The notes beneath the pieces were generated by a model. It searched no databases, was not told where the DNA came from, and worked only from the letters and a program-made list of their open reading frames with translations. A DNA stretch of 64,000 nt from Azolla caroliniana (taxonomy: Eukaryota > Plantae > Polypodiophyta), in assembly GCA_043228905.1 (NCBI GenBank), contig JBHGNT010000015.1, forward strand, positions 10,044,001 through 10,108,000. Direction: 5' to 3'. Below are positions 1-13,304 of this stretch, piece by piece. The position numbers were made by a program, and so were the translations under genes. Numbering within the stretch: position 1 is the first letter of the stretch; the number at the start of each line of letters is the position of its first letter.

Positions 1-282
1 TTGTGTCCCCATTCTGATCCGTCGCCTTTTCTTGATTCCCGCGCATGCAAGTCGTGTACTATAATAGTAGTGGTACGCTGTGTGGTGCGCTTTAAATGGC
101 TGACGTCTTTTCGTGGTGTCCGTTCCTTTTTCTTTAATGTGCCACTCTCTTATTTTTTCTTTTTTTTTTAATTACTGACAGGTGGTAGTATCTGGCGCCG
201 CCAGATCCGGTACTGGCTCCTGGTTTCCTTTACCGGCTTCGATTCCGTCGTTCGATTGCTTAAAGGGTTTCCTGTCATCGGT

Positions 283-3200
283 TCGTGGTAGGGTTTTAGT
301 CGGAATCCATTAACCCACTTCTCTAGAACTGTAGTGGTTGATGTGCCGAGTTAATAGGACCCCTTAAATTCTGACGTTATCCAATATGGCCTAGTCCACC
401 GGAACCGTAGCTTTCTTGGCATTGCGCCCATCCAGGTCTGGAACACTAATATTGCTTGCCAATTCCGAATTGTTTTTCATTTCCCTTTCTGTGTCAGTCC
501 ACAATTGCTTTCCGTCTTCTTTGCTCCACTTCCAATTGTAGCACACTGATTATCCGGTGCTCTTCTAATTCACATAAAGTTTCTAGCCGGATCTTTTCTG
601 ATTCCCTCTCGCTTAACCGTTCCTGAACTTGTATCCGTAATCTAGGAATTTGAAATTCCATCGGCATGACTACTTCCAATCCGAACACTAACCGGAATGG
701 TGTCGTCCGGATATTGGTCTTGTATGCTGTCTAGTATGCCCACAATGCACTTTGTAGCTTTGTATCCCAGTCGGTCCAATTTTCGTTTACGATTTTTCGG
801 AGGATATTCTGGAGTGTTTTATTGGTGGGCTCCGCTAATCCGTTGGCTTGCGGGTAATATGGCGTACTTCACTTGTGGACCACCGCGTAGAATGTCGTCA
901 AGCTTTGCACAACTTGTTCGAGGAAATGTCCACCTTGATCAATAATCAGCTCGATTGAACAACCGTGCCTGCATCAAATGTTTTCATATAAAAATTTAGC
1001 TGTGGATGCCGCGGTATTGTGTCTGAGTGCTTTGGCTTCCAACCACTTTGTATAGTAATCGGTTGCCGGTTCTCATTGCCAGAGGTTTGAATGGTTCGAC
1101 AAAATCCAGTTCCCATTTATGAAAGGGGTCTAACTGCAACACTGGTTGATGCGGCATCTATGCTTGCTCTGTCGGTTGACCCATTCATTGACAACAGTCC
1201 CATTCCTTTGCATACCGAACGACGTCCTTCAATGTTGTGGGCCACCACAATCCGCTTCTCCAAATTTTCCTTGCCGTCATGTCTCCGGCATAGTGGTCTC
1301 TTGCCACCTTGTAGTGGGCTTCTCGTAGTATTGCCTCCTTCTCGTCATTTTGGACCACATTCGCCAGATTCCGTCGGCTCCATTATGGTACAAGGTGTCC
1401 TGTAATAAGCAGAAATGCCGACGCTGTATTGCCAACTGCTTCCGTTCATCCTGATTCAATTCTTCCGGAGGTAGTCTCGTGCTTAGGAACTGGTGCATGT
1501 TTGCAAGCGACTTATCTTCTTTGGCCTTTGTTTCATCTGTCGTCGTCTCTGCGGTCACCCTGAATAACTGTGCATTCGGAAACTCATCACGAACACCGTC
1601 TCCAGTTTGTCCGGATTCTAATCGGCTTAAGTAGTCAGCTACCACGTGTTGAACTCCCGGTCGGTGGAATATTTCAAATTCAAATTCTTGTAGCAGTAGT
1701 GTCCACTAGGCTAGCTTGTCGGTTAAGGATGCTTTTGAGACTAAGTATAGTAGCGCCGAATGATCCACATGAAATGAAAATTGTTGTCTTAGGAGGTAAT
1801 AGCAAAATTTTGTTGTGCTATAAACCATCCCCAAAGCTTCTCTCTCTGTTCTAGAGTAATTTCGTTTGGTCTTTGAGAGCTTCTGACTAGCATAGTACAT
1901 CGGCCGATACCACCTTGGTTCGGTGAGCTGCATGAGAACACTGTCGATCGCTATATCGGACGCGTCTACGAACACATGAAATTCCTTGGTCCAATCCGGG
2001 GATTGCACCACTGGCGCCTGTGACAACATTACATTCAACGTGTGGTATCCCCAATCCTCCAGCTCTGTCCATTCAAATGGGATTCGGTGAACGACCGTGT
2101 GTAAAGGTGTGGCAAAGTCGGCCAAATACGGGAGCATCCGGCAATGCCACCAGATCTGTCCTAAAAAGTGGCTTAGTGCTTTGGCATTTGCCGACGGCGG
2201 GGCTTCCAAAATCGCTTTTACTTTATCCAGATCGACCGCAATGCCATCCTTGCTCACGATATGTCCTAATAATGTCCCACTTGTCACTCCGAACACACAT
2301 TTCGTCGGGTTCAGGCTGAGTTGGTATCCTCGGCACTTCTCTAAACATAACCGGAGGTGATCTAGGTGTTCACCTTTTCGGCTGTATACCGCAAAATCAT
2401 CTAGAAACACCTACATGAATGCTGGAATGAATTCTCCGAATATCTCCATAATGATTCGCTGAAATGTTGCGGGTGCTGTCTTTAGTCCAAACATCATTAC
2501 TACTGCCACGAATACTCCCCACTCTGTAACGAATGTTGTCTTCTCCTGGTCCACCGGATGCATTTGAAAATTTGATTGTATCCACTAAATCTGTCGGGGA
2601 AGCTATATACTTCGTGACCGGCTACCGTGTCCAGAACCCCATCCGTAAATGGGAGTGGAAACGATCTGTTACTGTTGCTGCATTGAACTTTCGGTAATCC
2701 ACACAGACCTTGATTTTGCCATTTTTCTTGGGCACAACCAAAATCGGGCTTAACCATGTTGCCTGGTTCATCGGCCGGATAAAACCGACTCGAAGTAATT
2801 TAGATCACGCTCTTCTTTCCCTTTGGCCGCATAGTTCGGATTCATGCGGTATCGTCTCTGTACAACCGGCTTTGTGTCCTTGCTCGGGTGAATCTGGTGC
2901 CGATACAACTAGGGGTCCAATCCTCTCATGTCTTCGTACGACCATGCGAATACATCCTGGAATTCTTTCAGTAGTGACACCATCGTTGATTTTTCCGTCG
3001 GTGGCATTTCTTTTGCCACATTGACCGGTTTCAATTCCTCCCCGGTTCGGAGGTTCACCTCCTCCAACTGCGATGCTCTTACTCATTGCGATACTGCCAT
3101 TTCCCATTCTAGAGATTCTTGGGCTTGACGTAATTCTTGGATTGCGTCCCGATTTGGCTCGTCACCGACTTCTTCCGGTTGCACGATATACGTTGTAACT

Positions 3201-3305
3201 GCTTCTGCAACGTCCACTTCGAACAACGGAACTATCCTTGGATGTTCGTCGAGGTAACAGTCTACCTCTTCATCGGCTAACCCTTCTAGCATGTTAATGG
3301 GCAAG
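283..3305 (-). mobile_element. Degenerate Ty3/gypsy pol (RT-RNaseH-integrase), Athila/Tat-like, same group as 50459-53341
   Basis: Fragments FLDDFAVYS, FHVFVDASDIAI, NYSRTEREALGM, MVADYLSRLESG and MPMEFQIPRLRIQ align with the pol at 50459-53341. Many stops and frameshifts; no LTR visible at the ~3305 junction. Confidence 0.9.
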
Positions 3306-3339
3306 AGTTGAGTTTGGAACAAACACCACCACATCCTCG

Positions 3340-5680
3340 AATGAATCCTTCCACATTGCTAACGGTCTGCTCTACCATAATGGGAAGGTTTGTATTCCAG
3401 ATTTACTTGAGGTCAAAAAGAGAATTCTTTTTTAATGCCATGATGTACCCTTGGCAAGGCACCCTTGAATACATCAGACACCCTTTCTCATCTCCACTCA
3501 ATTCTATTGGCCTAAGATGCATCCTGACATACATAGCTATGTCACTAAATGTCACTAGTGTCAAGTTGGCAAAGCCAAGCAACTTAAAGCCGCAAGACTT
3601 TTACATCCCTTGGACATTCCCAATAATAAGTGGGAAAGTACATACACGGATTTTATTATTAGCCTTCCTCGCACCCAAAAAGGTCATGATGCCATCGGGG
3701 TTGTGGTTGATCGACTAACTAAAATGGCCAGATTTATTGCTACTAAAACCATGGTAATAGCTCCTGAATTGGCTTACCAATTCGTTGACAACTGATTTCG
3801 CTTTTATGGGTTACTGATGGATATCGTAGGTGATCAGGATCCAAAGTTTACTAACGACTTTTGGATGCAAGTCTTTAAGAAGATAGAAACTACATTGAGC
3901 ATGAGCTCCACGGATTATCCTCAATCTGATGGACAGACAGAATGAGTAAATCAAATTATTGAGGACATGCTCTGTTGTCGTGTGGTTCTTCACACACGAT
4001 ATGAAAAATAATGAAACTATTATTTCAGATTAGCTTAATGTCTCGATATGAAAATATAGACATCTTCAAGAGCTTCTGAATGCATTTTACTACATATGAA
4101 ACGGACAACTAAGTATCAAGTTATGTGAGTATAAAGTTTGAGAAGATGGGGGAATAGAAGTTTAAGATATCCCATATAGACAACAAAATTTCGGATACAA
4201 CAGTATATAAGCAGACCCAGAACCCATTAGTTTATATGTGTGTTTGGAGCATAGAACGGTCAAGGTGATCTGCGTTGAAGTGTTCGGATGGACGGATGAG
4301 ACCGAATGGCTTAGAACCATTTTGGGATGGGACGGGACAGAATCGGTCGGGATGCGGGTCAGATGGGACGCACAGATCGGGGGGGACGACTGTACAGATG
4401 CATGCAACTAAAAATAGAGGCCATGGAACTAAAGTAAGGTCATGTGTGGACGCATGGAACTAAAAATAGAGGCCATGCATGAACGTGATTATTAGAAGAA
4501 AAAGCATGAAGTCTTTAGTTAGAAAAAGCATGGATTGCTATGTATTAAGTCTCCCATCACTATATAAGGGTGGAATGCACAATGTAATAGGGGGGTAATT
4601 TTTTTTCCTTAGGGGATTGACGCTATCTCTCACATAAACCCTAAATTTCCTTACAGAAGCCATATCTCTCAAAAACCCTAATTTTTCTTATGGAAGCCAT
4701 ATCTCTCAAAAGCCCTAATTTTCCTTACGGAAGCCATATCTCTCAAAAGCCCTAAATTTTCTTATCTATTAATCTCTGTAAACCTAAACTTATGTAATCC
4801 CAATCTTGGTATAGATTGTAATTTCTCTTTTTCTTTGCCAATGAAATTTATCAAACTTTCTCATTTTTGTTAATTCTTAAAGTATAACTGCATGAATTTG
4901 GTATCTCCCCGGGGTCCTGCCTCAAGTTCACGTGTCTCTGTCGTATTTGCACGACACCGTGCATAGGTTGGTACAAAACCAACAAAATGGGAATGTTATC
5001 TACCAATTTTGGAGTTTTCTTATAACAGCTCCAAGCATACATCGACGAGATATAGTCCTTTTATGTTGATGTATGGTTTTCAGCCACGAGCACCGATTGA
5101 TGTTAATATACGTCATCATGAGTTGCGAAGTACACAAAATTTTCTTCGGGATATGCAAGATATGTTGCATATTGCACGAGATAATATAAAAACATCTCAA
5201 GATAGAGCGCGTTTTTATGCGGATCATAATAGGTAACCTCGTGTATTCAACCTTGGACAAAAAGTATTTTTATGTGTACCTCACAATTCTAAGACATTGT
5301 CTATGGGTAAGTGCGCTAAGTTAGCCCCACGGTTTTGTGGACCTTTTAGAGTCCTCAAACGCATTGGTTCATCAGCCTATTGTTTCGCTCTTCCTAATAG
5401 CATTCAAATCCATCCAGTTTTTCATGTAAGTCGTCTAAAAGAACTTCTTGGTTCTGGCGACAATACAGTGACAACTGAAACTCTAGTTACTTCTGACAAA
5501 TTATTCTAAACTATGTGTACCAGAAAGAATTCTCGATGTTAAAACAAATAATTTGTGTTCTAAAATAATTTGAGAATTTAAAATTAAATGGATGGATAAG
5601 GTTATAAAAGATGCCACATGGGAACGTGAAAATACTTTTAGAACTAACTTCCCTAACTTTCCATTGCAAGAGTGCAATGT
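3340..5680 (+). mobile_element. Degenerate chromovirus (Ty3/gypsy) integrase with C-terminal chromodomain, split by a solo LTR
   Basis: WESTYTDFIISLPRTQKGHDAIGVVVDRLTKMARF, EFSYNSSKH, KLAPRFCGPF, IHPVFHVSRLK, then PERILD...FKIKWMDKVIKDATWERE (chromodomain, ~5515-5670). PPT AAAGAGGGGAG at 5684 precedes TGTT. Confidence 0.88.
3976..4956 (+). mobile_element. Solo LTR (TGTCG...CGACA family) with 4-bp TSD CTGT/CCGT
   Basis: TGTCGTG...CACGACA termini. Excision restores integrase codons IIEDML-RA. Homologous to 18903-20007 and 39691-40976. Confidence 0.9.
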
Positions 5681-5696
5681 TTTAAAGAGGGGAGTA

Positions 5697-6726
5697 TGTT
5701 ACGGGCATGACCATAGATTATCCCGTGGTGAGAATTTACCGTAGTATTCTACACACGTGGATAAAGTGTGATGGTTAAACGAGAGTAAAGAAGGGGAGGA
5801 TTACTTTTAATTCTCAGGATTGAGACAACCCATTAGACATAGTGTGAACTTGCCTGGGGGCCTTAGATCTGGCTATAAATATGAGGCCTCATTTGACACA
5901 TTATCGACTATGTCGAGACTTTGACATTACAACATAATTGAATCAATAAAAGAAATTACATATTGACTATACATGATTACATTGGGAGAAGAAAGAATAC
6001 AAAAAAAATTAAGAAAGAGTTACTGAAGTTCCTTTGTTGATAGTTATCTGGATCAAGCTCGATCGCACATCAATCGATCACCATCCAACAAGAAGAAAAA
6101 AAAAACGATCAACAAAAGAAACATTAAAATAAAAGCTCGGATACCAACTGTTAGAGCTAGATCCTAATGTAAGCATGAGATAAGGAATAATAGATAGAAA
6201 ATAAGAAGGGTGCCGATCCACCCGATCACCCTTGAACGAAGGGATCGAGATGGACTCGAGCCTCGGTCGGCGTCCCATACCACTGTCATGGCATCAAGTC
6301 ATACTTGGTACTAGCGCGTTCGCTAAAAGAGTTGATCCACCAAAAGGACAGAGTCTCAGCATGTCAAATGAGGGTAGATAGGCCTCATATTTATAGCTAG
6401 ACCTAAGGCCCTGAGGCAAGTTCACACTTGGCCTTAATGGGTTGTCTCAATCCCAAGGATTTTAAAAGTAATCCTTCCATTCTTTATAGTCTTGTTTTAC
6501 CATCACACTTTATCCACATTGTTAACTCTTGTAGCAAGCACACCCGCACCAGGTATGACTCGACACCACGATGGTGGTATGGGACGTCGATCGAGGTTCG
6601 ATTTTGTCTCGATCCCTTCGCTCGGGAGTGGTCAGGTGGATCAACACCCTTCTTTCTCTCTCTCATTTCCTATTTATCTATCTTTTATCCTTATCATATG
6701 CCTACATTAGTAGCTAAGCTCTAACA
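5697..6726 (+). mobile_element. Chromovirus 3' LTR containing an inverted LTR-PBS-leader segment
   Basis: Starts TGTTAC after the PPT and ends CTCTAACA. 5757-5900 is the reverse complement of 6361-6518, and 6149-6335 of 6521-6726. Minus-strand Met-type PBS TGGTATCCGAGC at 6135-6146. Confidence 0.75.
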
Positions 6727-7618
6727 ACTTTACTGCCATCGCAATCTCCGACATCGAGCGTTGTTCTTGTAGCATCCACTCAAAAATCTTCATCATGTTG
6801 TTAGCCTCTTGTTGATTCTCCATCTCCTTGCTACCCGTCTTCACGTCGGGTTCACCAAATGTGTCGTGCCTTTCGGTGCCGGATCGTTGCGTGAGTCGAG
6901 TGGAAACCGCCGAGGTTATGGACTAGGAGGAGGAGAAGTTTAAGGCTAATAAGAATATGAACGAGAAAGGTAGGAATCTTGTGAATTTCACTAGTGAATT
7001 AGAATAATTAGTATTAAGAATCCAAGAAATCAACCCAACGTTTCAATAGATTGGAACAGAGATAGAAGAAAAATTGTTAAACACTCGTGTATAATGTATT
7101 CAATCAATACTTAGAAACCCAAAAATCGACAACAAACATTACAATTTGCTTCCCCCACCCTTATATAGTGATGGGAGAGACTAAGTATATCTTACTACAT
7201 GCAAACATGATGTTTTTTCTCTAACTCGAGTGTTCATGCACATTACATGTCTTAGCTTTTTCTATCATACTTTTTCTTTTTAACTCAAGTGTTCATGCAC
7301 ACTAGATGTACCAGAATAATTTTCTTTATCATGCTTTTTCTTTTAACTCGAGTTATTATGCATGAATAACTTTTCTTTCATGAATATCTAGAATATTTAT
7401 GTGGGATAAACTTTTGTATAACTTGAATCTATAACTTTAATACTCATAATGTGTTAGTACAATGGTAAGGCTTGGAATTGTTAACATGGAGGTATAGGGT
7501 TCAAATCTTGCCCTATGCATGTAACATAATTATTTTAGTATTCTGTTCTATCTCTTTATACTTAGTCAATCGGGTACTCTACACATATTTTACATAGTGT
7601 ACAAAGCACACTACGACA
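6727..7618 (-). mobile_element. Truncated gypsy element: 5' LTR (6862-7618), tRNA-Trp PBS (6841-6857) and gag start
   Basis: LTR termini TGTCGTAG...CACGACA, then TGGTGAACCCGACGTGA, complementary to the plant tRNA-Trp 3' end. An ORF begins MENQQEANN. Confidence 0.75.
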
Positions 7619-7799
7619 CAACAGATGCATTGATCAAAGCTCTACCGCATGATGCGCTAGAGCATTGTTGTCATTTGATGGAAATTACTTACGTCTTGAG
7701 GTTACACATTGTTTTTGTATACTGTGTGTTTTTTTCCTTTTTTCTGTGTGTGTTGTTCATCTTTCCTTTGTGCAAAAAAACAACAGTTTGTTCGCTTCC

Positions 7800-8736
7800 C
7801 ATTGGTCCTCCAACATGCAAGAAAAGTAGGAGGAAAACAGAACTGGGGAGGTTGCAGAATGTGAGCTCCCCTAGTCGGAGTTTTGTGAGGAAGTCGCCAC
7901 ACTTTGGGGCTATTATCCATGGCCTCTTCTTGGGCTTAGGTGCGGGAATCGAAAGGTCCATGGTCTATTTGGTAGACACCTTTGTGGGGGCCTGTGCCTG
8001 CTTCTCCTAACACATATTCCAACTTGCCCATTTCTGATGATCCCTGCTCCATCTAGTTTTCTTCCATCTCCAGCCTCTTCCAAACTTTCATTTTCATTCC
8101 TCCATAGGCTTGGAAGTATGTTGAGCTACACCAAGCTTTGCTTTCTCAGCATCGAAACAAACTTAACTAGGATATGATCCAAGATCTTGGCTAGTGTTTC
8201 CTTATGTTTTCTCTTGATGTACCCATCCGTCTCCATTGCCATTGTCATCGCAAATTGGCTCACACATAGACACGGTGAGAGGGAGAGAGAAAGATTAGTG
8301 ATGGAGAGGGAGAGTGAGGGATAGGCTTCCTCTCAAGGGGTCGGACATTCGGGCGTGCTAGTGTTGTGGGTGGGGGAGTAAGCCAAGAACGGTTCCATCC
8401 CCCTCTGAAGGGGGTTACGTGTGAGGGAGAGAGAGAGAGAGGAGGGGGGGGGAGGGAAAGAGAAATAATGACACAGAAAATGAGAGGGAAAAATGTATAT
8501 TTCATTACATGCCCCATAAGGGGTTTTTATAGTACATGAGGTAACCATTACAAAAGAATGAGTCAAGCAGGAAGTTACATTACTAACCCATTATCTCACT
8601 TTTGTACACATACACACAAATGTGCATGTGTTCATACACATACTCATCCTCACACACTCATATACAATACACATACACATCAACCACCTTATTGTGTTCC
8701 ACCCCTTATGCCTCCCTGTATATTCCTACAGATAAC
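7800..8736 (-). mobile_element. Probable LTR remnant (~8362-8736) with Arg-type PBS and decayed gag start
   Basis: Minus strand reads ...CCCACAACA c TAGCACGCCCGA (8349-8360), with TATAAAAA at ~8524-8531. The upstream LTR boundary is uncertain. Confidence 0.45.
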
Positions 8737-8759
8737 ATCTTGTCTTGTTATTAACTTTA

Positions 8760-10140
8760 GAATTAGCATAATTAACAATTGGAGACTCTTCACTAATTGT
8801 CCTATTTGATACTATAGGAACTTCAATCTCAGCCTCAGTTGTTGGTTTTCGCTTTCTTAATTGTTTATCTTTTGCTCCAATAGGTCATCCAGGCTTCCTT
8901 TGAGATTCTACGACATGTGCTGGTGATTCACCAATTGAAATTCGAGCAGGCACATTCATAACAAGATTAATGTTGGAGACCTTCATATTGAAAGTGTCAA
9001 CAAAAGCTCTAGTCCATTGTTGGCAATACTTTGTAGATGTAATATTCGTTGAACTTCTTTCTCCCCCTCTCCAGTATAAGGATCTAGTGGTATCCATTGC
9101 ATCACACATCTACTAATGCAAGAAGATTGCTTAGCGAGATAGGCGCATAGATAGCATCATGTATTTCCAAGAAAACACAACTTGGATGTTGGATAGTGGC
9201 GGGGCCTCTTCCTTGTCCAATACAAGAACCAACTATAGTCTTGATGTTGAAAGGGGCTTGATCTTTAATATGGTGAAAGAATTCTTTATGACATAGAATA
9301 GTGTGTGTTGAGGCGCAATCAATAAGACAAAGAAAACAGCTTGTATGTAAATCAATCATATGAGCTTCAATGATGTTGGCTTCGGGCTCAAATTCCAAAG
9401 GTTGATCCATAAAACTATATTCCAAGATTGGAATTGATGATGAGATCATTGATGTTTCTGCTGCCATATTAGCCTTTGGTTTCCTATCTTGACCTTGCTT
9501 GCCATACTTCTGGTAAAGATCAACATGAAACTTAGAAGTTCGACAAGTATTTGCCCAGTGCACTCGTAGACCACATCTAAGACATGAATTCGATGAAGGC
9601 TTATCTTTACTTGACTTTGATTGATGCTGCATTAGCTTGACTTGATTACTTGTGGGATATTGATTGCTTTGTTGACTTCTTCCTGCTCTTCCTCGACTTT
9701 GTGCATATGGGTGTTGATGACAATATTGTCGTCTAGAATAATTACTCTTGACATGCGTCAAATCCTTGAATTGTAGAGGAGCCGTAGGTTGACTAACTGG
9801 ATGAAGTTTGTCGTTCTTCAGGAGAATTTGGTGGTGTTACTTGGCGACAAGAAGTGTAGATAAAAGGTCAACATAGGTTTTAAAATCACGATTACAATAT
9901 TGTTCGGAAAGATTAAAATTTGAGGGATGAAAAGTAGTTAATATTTTATTGATTAGATTAGCCTCTTTAACAAGGTTGTCACGATCAAAAAATTTAAGTT
10001 TAGAAACGATACCAAATAGTGAGGAATTATATTCAGCAACTGTAGTGAAATCTTGAAAAATAAAGTTGATTCCATTCCATTCATGCAAAAACAAGTTCGT
10101 GTTCACAAGTGGAAGGATCGTGCATTCCACTTATAGATTC
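8760..10140 (-). mobile_element. Ty1/copia gag-protease remnant, Bianca-like
   Basis: FQDFTTVAEYNSSLF, TFHPSNFNLSEQY, LLSTLLVA, zinc knuckle CLRCGLRVHWANTCRTSKFHVDLYQ, protease CLIDCASTHTIL and PIGAKDKQLRKRK are motifs typical of Bianca polyproteins. Confidence 0.8.
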
Positions 10141-10623
10141 CTTTTATAATCTTGCGATTTTAGGTAATTTTCAGAAACTTGATAAACGAGTATCACATAT
10201 TTTAAATAGCATGTAAAATTTGCTAATTTTTTGAGATTTAACAAGTTTCAAAATGATAATTTCTAAAATTGAATAGTTTTTCAATAAATGTATAAATGTT
10301 GATGGTTTGCCGATATAAAATGTAGTTAACTTAAAGAAAGTCACAATGGTTAACTCAAGGCACAAGTTAAGATTAATGGTTTCAGTATCTTGAGAAGATG
10401 TAGGTTCCAGAAGTCGAAGTTGCATCTATTGTTAGACTTGAAAATGTTTTAATTATAAGAGGTAACATTGTAATCCTTAATGCCATCATCTATATATTTT
10501 GTGCTCATTAACATTCATAAATTCACAACATTAATATATCAATTTGAACATATCACATAGTTGTCAAGGTATCCACAATACTCTCCTCTTCTTCATTTTG
10601 AGAGCTCCCATACAAAATTTGTG

Positions 10624-11967
10624 ACGTAAATGGCATTTGTAAGGTTCAATTATCATCAACACAATTATTAATGGTTTTTTCTTAATCAATGAAGCACATG
10701 TTCACCATAAAGATTCTTGTTGTGCAACATACTTCTTTACAATATCGATATGCATCTTTTACTCATGTAAAAACAAAGATTTTAGTACAATTCGAGTTCA
10801 TGTAAACCCTAAACCTCTTTTATTTGAAAAAAATGAAGATTTCTAAACATGAACTCTATACATTGTATCGAGTTGATGTAAAAAAACAGAGTTGTCATCA
10901 CAATTCCATACAATGTATCAAATTCATGTTCAAAGTTTTTTTTCGTGGATTTAAAAAAATAAAAAAATAAAACTTGAGTTGATGAAAAAACCAAAAATTT
11001 CACCAAAATTCAGTACAATGTATCGAGTTCATGTGTAAAGTAATTTGTTTTTTCAATTTTTTTATTTTGATTTTTAAATTTTTTTAAATTTTGTTTTTGA
11101 AAAAAAAAACTTTAAACATGAATTTGATACATTGTATCGACTTGTGATGAAAACTCTGGTTTTTTCATCAATTCAACTTTTTTTTTAAAACCAAAAAGAC
11201 CCAAGATAAATAGAAAAAAAACCAAAATTGTTTTTAAAAAAACCCAAAAACAAAACTTTAAATATGAATTCAATACATTGTATCGAATTCATGTCAAAAA
11301 GTCAGATTTTCAACATGAACTGGATACAATGTATCGAGTTCATGTTTAAAAACAGAGTTTTCAACACGAACTTGATACATTGTATTGAGTTCGCATTGAA
11401 AAACCGAGCTTTTTGACACGAACTCGATACAATCTATCGAGTTGGTCTTGAAAACTCTGCTTTTCAACATGAACTCGATAGTATCGAGTTCGTGTTTAAA
11501 TGTTTTAAACAAAAACTCGATACAATTTATCGAGTTTGTGTCGAAAAGCTGAGTTTTTCAACGCGAACTCAATACAATGTATCATGTTTGTGTTGAAAAC
11601 TTTGTTTTTAAACATGAACTCGATACATTGTATCCAATTCGTGTTGAAAATCTGACTTTTCAACATGAATTTGATACATTGTATGTAATTGTGATAAAAA
11701 CTCTATTTTTTACATCAACTCGATACAATGTATGGAGTTTATGTTTAGAAATCTTCGTTTTTTTCAAATAAAAGAGGTTTAGGGTTTACATGAACTCGAA
11801 TTGTACTAAAATCTTTGTTTTTACAAGAGAAAAAGATGCATATCGATACTGCAAAGAAGTATGTTGCACAAGAAGACAGCTTATGGTGAAGATGCGCTTC
11901 ATTGATTAACAAAAAGCCATTAATAATTGTGTTGATGGTAATTGAACTTTGTAAATCCCATTTACGT
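10624..11967. mobile_element. Non-autonomous foldback element with ~310-bp terminal inverted repeats
   Basis: 10624-10935 is the near reverse complement of 11657-11967 (ACGTAAATGG...CCATTTACGT). No coding capacity. No TSD recognised. Confidence 0.8.
10845..11750. repeat. Array of ~14 palindromic units, ~51-bp period in the regular part
   Basis: Consensus AACATGAACTCGATACA(A/T)TGTATCGAGTTCATGTT, separated by A/T-tract linkers. Most regular at 11260-11750. Confidence 0.85.
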
Positions 11968-13304
11968 GTTCTATAAAATATTCTAGTGGTTCTTAATCAC
12001 CATTTCAAGCACTTAATCTTGATCTTCATCGTTTGGTTCATCTACAATAGAGAAACATTTATGTGGAACTAAGAACGACAACACGTGCATAACTCAAGTG
12101 ACAAGGAAACTTGCAAGAACTCAAGGTGCGGATATTAATAGCTACACATGTAGATGGCCATGACCTAGGGCACCAATTCTGCATTGGTAAAGTTTTGGAC
12201 GTGGTGATGCATTAAACCTTTGTAATACATCTATCAAATGTTGACATTAGTGAGGTGGATATCATTGTGTATGACTTTACACTAACAAAAGTTGGATTTT
12301 TGAGGACGACAATGATAGACATAATAAAAGAGATATTACCAAGTCTAGAAGATATCTCAGATTGAAGGCGAACAAGATTTAGTGCACACAATTTAGAGAC
12401 ACCATTTGGTGAAGACAATGATTTGATTGATACATTTGAAAATGAGGAGGAAGAGTCATTTCATCAAGTTTTTGAGAACATGTGATATTGGTATCAAGGT
12501 GTTTTGTGAAATGGCTAAGAAAGCCCCAAAATCAAACGGAATATTCCTTATCCTTCTATTTGTGCGCGATCCTTCCACTTGTGAACGCGAACATGTTCAA
12601 AGTGTTGGGGCTTTGAGTTGCTTCCAGAGAGTTTATGGATTCGTATGATGGAGATCTTTCGCCGTGAGATGGCCTTCAACATGATACCATCCAAGTCGTA
12701 TAATTGGACCCATCCAACACAAGTGGCGAGAATAAGCATTTCTCTATTTGTAGAGCTTGAGAAGCCATGCTAATGGTAACAATAAGTTAGATTTGTATAA
12801 GAGAATCATTAATTGCTATGGTAGAGGCTAATCGTGTTAATAACGTACTATAAGAATAGACTATTACGCAAGATCAAAATAGCAATTAGATATTAACTCC
12901 GATCACTAGTCACATATCAATATAATCTCTAGATAGAGCTCATAGGCTATGCTCTTCTATATATAATGCTAAAATGATTCAAATACACGAGTTTATGACC
13001 CACCAGATGATGTGATGCATGCCTACTATTTACATCATGAAGTCTTGTTAACTAAAGCTTAAGACTAAGATAGACATAGCATGACTCATTTCATGCATGA
13101 GTTCATAACAAAAGTATTATTATAAACGTTCATGATATTCTTATCATACAATTTGTCATGACATGACAATGGTGTGGGGATAGTTTTATTAGGATTTACT
13201 AGCCATATGAAGCTTACTTTAGATCAACCAAGTTTATTTATTTACTTAATGAAGCACAAATATAAATATGGCCATCATTACATATATACATAACTAGTGG
13301 AAGG

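Noticed and set aside
6841-6857. tRNA-Trp gene
   Set aside because: Only the 3' 17 nt including CCA are present, next to an LTR end. It is a PBS.
10845-11750. CRISPR-like array of palindromic repeats
   Set aside because: Spacers are short, mutually similar A/T tracts; repeats are degenerate; no cas genes; eukaryotic context; the array lies inside TIRs.
11970-12450. Possible DNA-transposase fragment (FCIGKVLDV; IIVYDFTLTKVGFLR) beside the foldback element
   Set aside because: Only a vague resemblance and too decayed to assign without a profile search.
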